Notes under the pieces: model-generated
Seen by the model: only the letters and a program-made list of their open reading frames with translations
What the model was told of the DNA's origin: nothing
Database searches by the model: none
Part shown: positions 56,727 through 64,000 of the stretch, in pieces
How the letters are laid out: each line of letters opens with the position of its first letter
Position numbering within the stretch: position 1 is the stretch's first letter
DNA from: an uncultured Acidobacteriota bacterium
Lineage (GTDB): Bacteria > Acidobacteriota > Thermoanaerobaculia > Multivoradales > JAGPDF01
Assembly (NCBI GenBank): GCA_963700315.1
Contig: CAVOXC010000006.1
Location: 58,546 to 122,545, forward strand
Direction of reading: 5' to 3'
DNA: 64,000 nt
Position numbers and translations under genes: made by a program

Positions 56727-57832
56727 GTGAATCCGCGAGCCCTTGCGCTCCTCTGCGTTGCTGCCCACCTCACGAGCCCAATCCGGGCTCGCGGCCGAGA
56801 ACGGCTTCGCGCCACCGGCCGACGCCGACCAGGCCTTCGCCGGGCCGAGGTGATCGACCGTGACGGTCGACGTTGCGCTTCGATCGCTCCGTGCCTACCC
56901 CCTCTCGAGTCGCTCGGCAAGCGGGGCCGCGAAGATTTCATCTACTACGAGGACGGCCGCCCCTGCCCGACGATTCGATCTCGACCCCGAAGGAGATGCC
57001 ACGGACTGGCACCTCGTGGTCTGGATGGATCCGCTGCTCGCGGGCGGCGAGGCGCTGACCGTCGCGGCCCGCGAGCTCGCTACGCGGGCGGAATCGCTGG
57101 CGGCGGCCGGAACCCTGGAGATCGTCGCGGCGACCGGCGCGACGCCTCGCCTGATCGGCGAGTTCCGTGGCGCCGCAGCGATCTCGGAAGCTCTGGTGGC
57201 GACGGCGGCCTCGTTGCCGCGCGGCCCTGCGCCGGTGATCGCGCGGGTCGCGGCGGAGCGAATCGACAGGATGGTGGTCACGCTGGCGGCACGACCCGCC
57301 GCAGGACCGCGCGCGGTCTTGCTGCTGGCCGCCGGCTTGGCGATCGACGAAACGGTACGCTCGCCGAGCTCACCCAGGCGCCGGTACTGGAAATCCCGCG
57401 CCCCGCTGGGCCGAGTCTCTGGCGGGCGGGGCACGAGCTCTCGCCGCCTCCGGCTGGGTACCGATCGTCCTCGGCTTGGCGGGGGAAGCTCAGCCCGAGA
57501 CGAGGCCCGGAGGCGAGGCGACGGTGTCGATCGGGCCGGGCGGTGACTCGCGGATCACCTATCCGGTGCTGACCCTGCCCAGCGGCGCGAAGCCTCGATC
57601 GGATCGCCTGGAGACCGCGCTCGACCTGTCGCTCCTGCCGCTGGCGGACCGGGACGACCCGGCTCGGGCGGGCTCGTCGGCTCGGGGTCCCAGCTCGCCG
57701 CGGACACTGTTCCGCCTCTCCGGCGGTCCCGGCTCGTCGCGACGGCGCCCGAGCCCGGAGCCGGCGCGACGGTTCGGCGCGAAGTGCGCTGGGCTCGGGG
57801 GCGACGGAAGGCCCCTGCCGTTCCGGCGCTGA
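56727..57832 (+). pseudogene. Possible VWFA-related (Acidobacteria-type) secreted protein, heavily frameshifted
   Basis: Pieces in three frames: VNPRALALLCVAAHL (signal-like), VTVDVAL, EDFIYYEDGRPCPTI, DWHLVVWMDPLLAGGEALTVAARE. Frame boundaries not resolved. Confidence 0.3.
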
Positions 57833-58190
57833 GCTCGACCGGCCGCTCCCGCGAGCTCGCGGCCGCGCGGCTCCGACTCCGGCTGGCCGGAGACGACGCG
57901 GTTGGGGCCAATTGATCGCTCTTTCCGCCTCGACGGCCGGGAGCCGCTCCGCGTCTGCCTCGCCGGCGGTACGAAGCGGGCCCTGGTCCGTTTCTCGCAC
58001 GCCGGCGCAGGCGCGGACGGCACGGCGATCGAGGTTGGCGCTGCCGTCGAGCTCGTCGCGACGCGGGACCGGACTGCGCGCAGGACGACGCCGCGCCAAG
58101 GCCGGCTCCCGTCGGGCTCCACTTCGTCGAAGAGATCGAGCGGGGCAAATGGGCGCTGTTCTGAATCGAGCGCCGTCGTACCATCCCGCC

Positions 58191-58733
58191 ATGCGGATTC
58201 GCACCGAGCGACTGATTCTGCGCCCTCCCGGGTGAGCCAAGGATGAGGCGGCCCTGGCCCTGGAGGCCAACGACCGCCGAATCTGGTCGGCGCTGCGCGA
58301 TCGCTTTCCCCACCCCTACGATCGCGACTGCGGCCCGCGGGTGGATCCAGACCCAGGCCGGATGCGCGCCGGCGGAGAGCCTCGCGATCGCGCCACGAGA
58401 GACGGACAGGGCGATCGGCGGCATCGGGCTCGAGCGGCACGCGGACGTCGTCCGCTTCACCGTGAGATCGGCGACTCGGCTGGGCACGGCGCATGGGGAA
58501 AGGGCTACGCCGCCGAAGCGGTTGCTTTCGTCGACTACGCCTTCACGACTTTCGATTTCGAGCGGTTGGAAGCCTGGGTCTTCGCCACCAACGAGCGCTC
58601 GGCCCGCGTGCTCGAGAAGTGCGGTTTCCGGCACGAGGGAACCGCGCGGCGCAGCGTGTTCAAAGAGGGCAGATTCCTCGACAGCCGGCTCTACGGACGC
58701 CTGCGCGGCGATTCGCCGTCCGGCGCAGCCTGA
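58191..58733 (+). pseudogene. GNAT-family (RimJ/RimL-like) N-acetyltransferase, at least three frameshifts
   Basis: MRIRTERLILRP | DEAALALEANDRRIWSALRDRFPHPY | AARGWIQ...SLAIAPRETDRAIGGIGLE | WGKGYAAEAVAFVDYAF...LEAWVFATNERSARVLEKCGFRHEG lie in different frames. Confidence 0.65.
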
Positions 58734-58762
58734 CGCCGATCTCGGCGCTCCACCCTCGCCCC

Positions 58763-59897
58763 GTGGATCCCCTCGCCCACACCCTGGTCGGAGCCGCGCT
58801 CGCCCGCACCCGGCTCGCTCGCGGCGTGCCCTTCGTGACCACCGTGCTGGTCGCCGCCGCGAACCTGCCCGACGTCGACGTGCTCGCCTACCTCGGCGGT
58901 GAGGACGCCGCGCTGGCGTTCCGCCGCGGCCCGACCCACGGGCCGCTCGGATTCCTCCTGCTCCCGCTCGTCCTGGTCGCGATCCTGGCGCTCGCCACGC
59001 GGCGGCGACGCGCCGGCGGCGAGCCGGTCCCGCTGGCCCGCCTCCTCGCCCTCGCTTACTTCGGCGCGCTCACCCACCCGCTGCTCGATCTGCTCGAACA
59101 CCTACGGCCTTGCTCCTCTCGCCTTTCTCGAACCGCTGGCACTACGGCGACATCCTCTTCATCGTCGACCCATGGTTCTGGCTCATCCTCGGCAGCGCGG
59201 TCTTCCTGGTGCGCGCGCCGACGCGGCCGGCCCTCGGCACTCTGGAGCGCCGCCGCCGCCAGCGCGACCTACTTGCTCTTCTCGCAACCGACACCAGCCT
59301 GGGCGCGAATGCTCTGGACCGCGGCGCTCGCCACGACGCTCGCCACCCGTTTCCTGTCACGCGACTTGCTGCGACGGCGCCGCGAGACGATCGCCGCCGC
59401 CGCGCTCGGAGTCCTTCTCGTTTACTTGGGTGCGATGGCGATCGCCGCCGGAATCGCGCGCCGGAGCGTCGACGCCGCGCTCGCCCACCGCGGTCTCGCT
59501 GCCATCGAATGCCGCCGATGGTGGCGCCGGTTCCCGTCGACCCGCGGCCGCGCGACGTCGTGGCACGATTGCCCGACGGCTACCGGTTCGGACGCTTCCG
59601 CCGTCGACCGGCGATCTCGACCTCGAGGCGGAGCTCGAGCCGAAGCCACCCACCACGCCCGAGGTCCGCGCCGCGCTCGCCGACCCGTCGGTCCAGGGCT
59701 TTCTCGGCTGGGCCCGCTTCCCCTTCGTCCGTATCGAGCACGCGGGCGACGTCACCCGCGTCCACCTCCTCGACGCCCGCTACGCCCGCGAGGTGCCGAC
59801 TACTGGCCGCCGCTTCGGCGTCGCGACGGTGGAGTTGCTTGCTGCGGGAACGGACGGCGAAGGGCCGATCAGCGCCGCAGCGAGAACGCCACCGTAG
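58763..59897 (+). pseudogene. DUF457 / YdjM-like membrane-bound metal-dependent hydrolase, at least four frameshifts
   Basis: VDPLAHTLVGAALA...AAANLPDVD...THGPLGF | LLSPFSNRWHYGDILFIVDPWFWL | ...LLVYLGAMA | ...FLGWARFPFVRIEH alternate among three frames. Confidence 0.6.
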
Positions 59898-60596
59898 CTT
59901 CCATGCTCCAGGCGACGCGCTGATCGCCGCGGCGAGCGGGCTCGAACCGCCACTCTCGGATGGAATCCGACGCCGCGAACGTCAAAGTCTCGATCGAGCC
60001 CCGATCGATCAGGCGCGGATGGGTGGGCAGGCCGTCGGTTCCGATCACCACCTCGAACACAACCTTCGATTGGAGACCTAGGGAGCGCGCGCCTTCGAAG
60101 TACTGGGGTGCAGGCGCGCGGGTCTTCTCGGGATAGCTAACGCCCTCGGCCTCGGCGGTGCCCGGACGGATCGCCGCAGGAGGAGGATCCGCGATCAGTC
60201 GATGAACAGGCGTCCGCCGCGCCGCCGAGTTCGCCAGGTTCAGGTCTCGAGGCTGAGGATCCAGCTGTTGTGCGACCTGCCAGTCCCAGATATCGCCTCG
60301 CGCTCCTCGCCGAGCCCTGCCTCGGCGAGCGCGCGGCACATCAGGAACATGCCGACCGCCGAGCCTGCCTTGGCTCCCGGCGCGAGGTAACGGCCAAGGT
60401 CCTCGAGCCCCGCCTGGGCGTTGACCTTCCCCTCCGCCCACTTCCCCTCCCGCAGCTGCGCCACGGTCGCCTGCAGCCGCTCGTTCCACGACTTCACGCT
60501 CCGGCCGGCCCACGAGGGCGGAGGTGATCCGAGGACCAGCGGAGCCAGGACGAGAATCGAGGTGACGCGACGCCTACTTCCAGGGGATTTGAACAT
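59869..60596 (-). pseudogene. Exported protein with TonB C-terminal-like domain, one apparent frameshift near 60290
   Basis: MFKSPGSRRRVTSILVLAPLVLG signal in ORF 60240..60596. In ORF 59869..60513: PQYFEGARSLGLQSKVVFEVVIGTDGLPTHPRLIDRGSIETLTFAASDSIREWRFEPARRGDQRV. Confidence 0.5.
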
Positions 60597-60973
60597 GGCG
60601 CGGAGCGTACCGCCCGGCCGGCTCCGGCGCCATCGCGAAGCCCATCGATCGGTGGACCGTCGGCGCGCGCCCTCGAGACGTGAACGGCTTCAGAGGCCGC
60701 GCATGTCAGAAGAGGAAGCTGCATAGAAGGGTCGGTGGGCCGAGCGAGAGGAACTAGTCGGTCACGCCCAGGCAAGCCTGATCGCGATCCGGCACCGAAG
60801 CTGGCTTCGTGGCGCACGAGCCGGAGCAAGGGGTGCCGCGGAGCGCCCGAGAGCTCGGCCCTTTTCCTCCTTAAACAGCACGCTTTCACAAGGTTCGAGT
60901 GGCCGCCGGGTCGCGTCGCGCAGCGTTTCGTCGAGAATCGTATTTTACGTCTTGTTTACGCTATTCTCTCTGC

Positions 60974-63900
60974 ATGTCCGGCCGCAGCCGTCACGAGCTC
61001 GCGCGCAACATGGGGTCGGGGCGCCCCTACCAGTCGCCGGGGGCGCGCAAGGAGAAGCTGCGCGAGCGGGTCTATCGCCCCGGCGGCGGGCGCGGCGGCG
61101 GCGCCCGTCCCCCTGTTCCGTACGCCGAGCTGCAGGCCGCTTCGGCGTTCTCTTTCCTCGAGGGGGCCTCGGTGCCGGAGGACCTCGTCGCCCGCGCCGC
61201 CGCGCTCGACCTTCCCGCCGTCGCGCTCGTCGACAGCAACGGCGTCTACGGCGCGCCGCGTTTCTGGAAGGCGGCGGAGCAGGCGGGATTCAAGGCGCTC
61301 GTCGGGGCGGAGAGTCGTCCTCGAGAACCCGCTCGAGCCGCCGCCCCGCGGAGCCACTCGCTCGTGCCGACGCCGCCCTCCGCCCGCCCGCCGCCGGCTC
61401 GCCCTCCTCGCCGAGTCGCGCACCGGCTACCGGAACCTCTCGGCTCGTGACGGCCGCTGCGCGGCTCGGCCAAGCCGAGCTCGCCGCGACCTGGCGTGAC
61501 GTCGAGGCGCACGCGGAAGGGCTGCACGCGCTGACCGGCGGCGGCGAGTCGCCGGTGGCGCTCGCGCTCGCGCAGGGCGGGCACGACGCCGCGCGCGCTC
61601 TGCTCGAGAGGCTCGCCGCGATCTTTCCGGGGCGCCTCCACGTCGAGCTTCAGCGGCACTTCCTGCGCGAGGAAGAGCGCCGCAACCAGGCGCTGGCGGA
61701 TCTCGCGCGCCGGCTGCGCCTGCCGATTCTCGCGTCCAACGGCGTGCGCTACGCGCGCGAGAAGGACAAGGAGCTCCACGATGTTCTGACCTCGATCCGC
61801 CACCATGTGACGCTCGACGGCGCGGGGCGCCTGCTCGCGGCGCAGAGGGAGCGTCACTTCAAGAACGCCCGGCAGATGCGCGAGCTCTTCGCGGATGCGC
61901 CCGGAGCGCTCGAGGCGTCGGTGGAGCTGTCGCGGTGGCTCGATTTCACGCTCGCGGACCTCGGCTACCGGTTCCCCGCCTACCCGCTCCCCCGGGGAAA
62001 CGCCGGCCTCGTTCCTGCGCAAAATCACCTGGAACGGCGCTCGCGCGCGCTTCCGGCCGCTGACGGCGAAGGCCCAGGCCCAGATCGAGAAAGAGCTCGC
62101 GATGATCGAGAAGCTCGATCTGCCGGGTTACTTCCTGATCGTCTGGGACCTCGTCGCTTCTGCCGGAGAATCGGATCCTGACGCAGGGCCGGGGCTCGGC
62201 GGCCAACAGCGCCGTCTGCTACGCGCTCTCGATCACGGCGGTGGACCCGGTGAAGATGGAGCTGCTTTTCGAACGGTTTCTTTCCGAGGAGCGCGGCGAG
62301 TGGCCGGACATCGACCTCGACCTTCCGTCGGGCAGCCAGCGCGAGCGCGTGATCCAGCACGTCTACGACGGCGGAAGTACGGCCCGCACGGCCGCCGGCA
62401 TGACGGCCAACGTGATCACCTACCGCGACCGCTCCTCCGCGCGCGAGGTCGCCAAGGCGCTCGGCTACTCGGCCGCGCAGGTCGACGCGCTCTCCAGGCG
62501 CTCGGCTCGTTCCGCTGCGACCTCGAGCGGGGCGACCGCGCTGAGCTGCGGCGAGTCGATCGGCGGCGGGGCTCGATCCCGGGCAGCGGCGGGCCCGCCA
62601 CTTCGCGGCTCTTCCGGCACATCCAGAACCTGCCGCGGCACCTCGGCCAGCACTCGGGCGGGATGGTGGTCGCGGCCGGCCGTCTCGACGAGGTGGTGCC
62701 GCTCGAGCCGGCGTCGATGCCGGGCCGCGTCGTCGTCCAGTGGGACAAGGACGACTGCGCGGACCTCGGGATCGTGAAGGTGGACCTGCTCGGCCTCGGC
62801 ATGCTCGCGGCGATCGAGGAGGCGATCCCGATCATCCGTGCGCACGAGAGGGTCGAAGTGGACCTGGCGCACCTGCCGCAAGACGACCCGCGCGTTTACG
62901 CGATGCTGAACGCGGCGGACACGGTCGGGCTCTTCCAGGTCGAGAGCCGCGCGCAGATGGCCTCGTTGCCGCGCAACGCTCCCCGGCGCTTCTACGACAT
63001 CGTCGTCCAGGTCGCGATCATCCGCCCGGGCCCGATCGTCGGCGGCATGGTGCACCCGTTCTTCGAGCGGCGGCAGGGCGAGGCGGTCGAGTATCCCATC
63101 CGTGCTCGAACCGATTCTGACGCGCACGCTCGGCGTGCCCCTCTTCCAGGAGCTCCTGCGGATGGCGATGGCGGCGCCGGCTTCACGGGCGGCGAGGCCG
63201 AGGAGCTGCGCCGCGCGATGGGCTTCAAGCGCTCGGTCGAGCGGATGGAGGCGATCGAGGCGCGCCTGCGCCGGGGATGGCCGCGCGCGGCATCGCCGGC
63301 GCGGCGCAGGAGCAGATCGTCAAGTGCATCACCTCGTTCGCGCTCTACGGTTTCCCCGAGTCGCACGCGGCGAGCTTCGCGCTGATCGCGTACGCGAGCG
63401 CGTACCTGAAGGCGCATCACCCGGCGGCTTTTTGCGCCGCGCTCTTGAACGCGTGGCCCATGGGCTTCTACCACCCCGCGACCCTCGTCAAGGACGCCGA
63501 GCGGCACGGGACCGTGCTGCCGATCGACGTCGCGGTCTCCTCCTGGAAGTGCGTTTGGGAAGATCCGCCTACCGCTCTTCCTGCAGCGTCTCGCCGGCAT
63601 TCGACCGTCGGAGCCTCCGGTGCCGGCCGGGTCCACGTCCGGTATTCGCTGCTTGCGAGGAACCCCAATCGATCGGACCGAATCAGGGCGCGGCGGCCCC
63701 CCGTCTCCGCGCATCGAACACCGGCCGCGGACCCGGCTGCAAGGTGTGCGCAAAGTGCCCGAACGCCAACGGCGCAGAGCCGGCCCGCCGGCAGAACGAT
63801 GCGCGCCGCGGGCGCCTGCCGCCTCGGCCTGCGCTACGTCGCCGGTCTGCGCCAAGCGACCGCCGAGCGCATCGTCACCGAACGCGCGCGGCGTCCCTTC

Positions 63901-64000
63901 GCCGACCTCGACGACCTCAAGCGCCGCGCCGGCCTGAACGAGCGTGAGCTCCGGCGCTCGCCGAGGTCGGCGCGCTCGCCGCCTTCGGCATGACGCGGCG
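60974..64000 (+). pseudogene. dnaE2: Error-prone DNA polymerase III alpha (DnaE2), about nine frame changes; 3' end outside window
   Basis: PYAELQAASAFSFLEGASVPEDLV (PHP), [125 protein letters not shown]. These are distributed over all three frames. Confidence 0.8.

Noticed and set aside
56860-58246. ORFs 56860..57546, 57476..57832 and 57902..58246 considered as separate genes.
   Set aside because: Only short stretches look protein-like, and they connect across frames to a VWFA-type N-terminus. I treat them as one or two badly frameshifted genes. The region 57840-58190 is left unassigned.
63550-63810. About 85 extra codons in dnaE2 between ...SSWKCVWE and ...CRLGLRYVAGL, including a CKVCAKCPN string in an alternative frame; considered as an insertion or zinc-ribbon module.
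   Set aside because: This gene is full of frame changes, so the apparent insert may simply be mis-framed native sequence. The Cys pattern is in a different frame from the flanks. A frameshift-aware alignment is needed before any claim.

Overview
High-GC bacterial chromosomal window; gene content (VWFA-type secreted protein, repeat families) hints at an Acidobacteria-like genome, but this is a weak inference. All family calls come from reading motifs by eye, since no searches were possible.

Block 1 (1-25.4 kb) is a mosaic accessory region:
- TA-type pairs BrnTA, Phd-VapC, AbrB-Doc and an AbiEii-like nucleotidyltransferase pair, plus 5'-truncated TA gene remnants.
- Three copies of a composite palindromic repeat.
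- Nested IS110/IS256 remnants in a lower-GC islet.
- A split FHA/sigma-54 activator.
- A B12-radical-SAM gene whose first 510 nt are duplicated around an inserted cassette.
- A convergent envelope cluster: outer-membrane barrel, Cys-repeat/caspase protein, DUF4384-like protein and Ser/Thr-kinase-FGE fusion. This is my best candidate for an undescribed system.

Block 2 (25.4-41.3 kb) holds 17 biosynthetic genes, aroDE-hisZGDCBHAF(IE)-trpEGDCFBA, on the minus strand with no intergenic bases. A candidate His/Trp leader peptide and terminator/antiterminator attenuator precede them.

Block 3 (41.3-64 kb) contains lhgO, bactofilin, cupin, imuA-imuB, PAS-GGDEF-EAL, vWA-FHA and a TonB-dependent receptor. 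From about 55.2 kb onward every gene (sulfatase-TPR, VWFA-like, GNAT, DUF457, TonB-C, dnaE2) is broken by frameshifts.

Many long ORFs in the track are GC-driven shadow ORFs and are not called.
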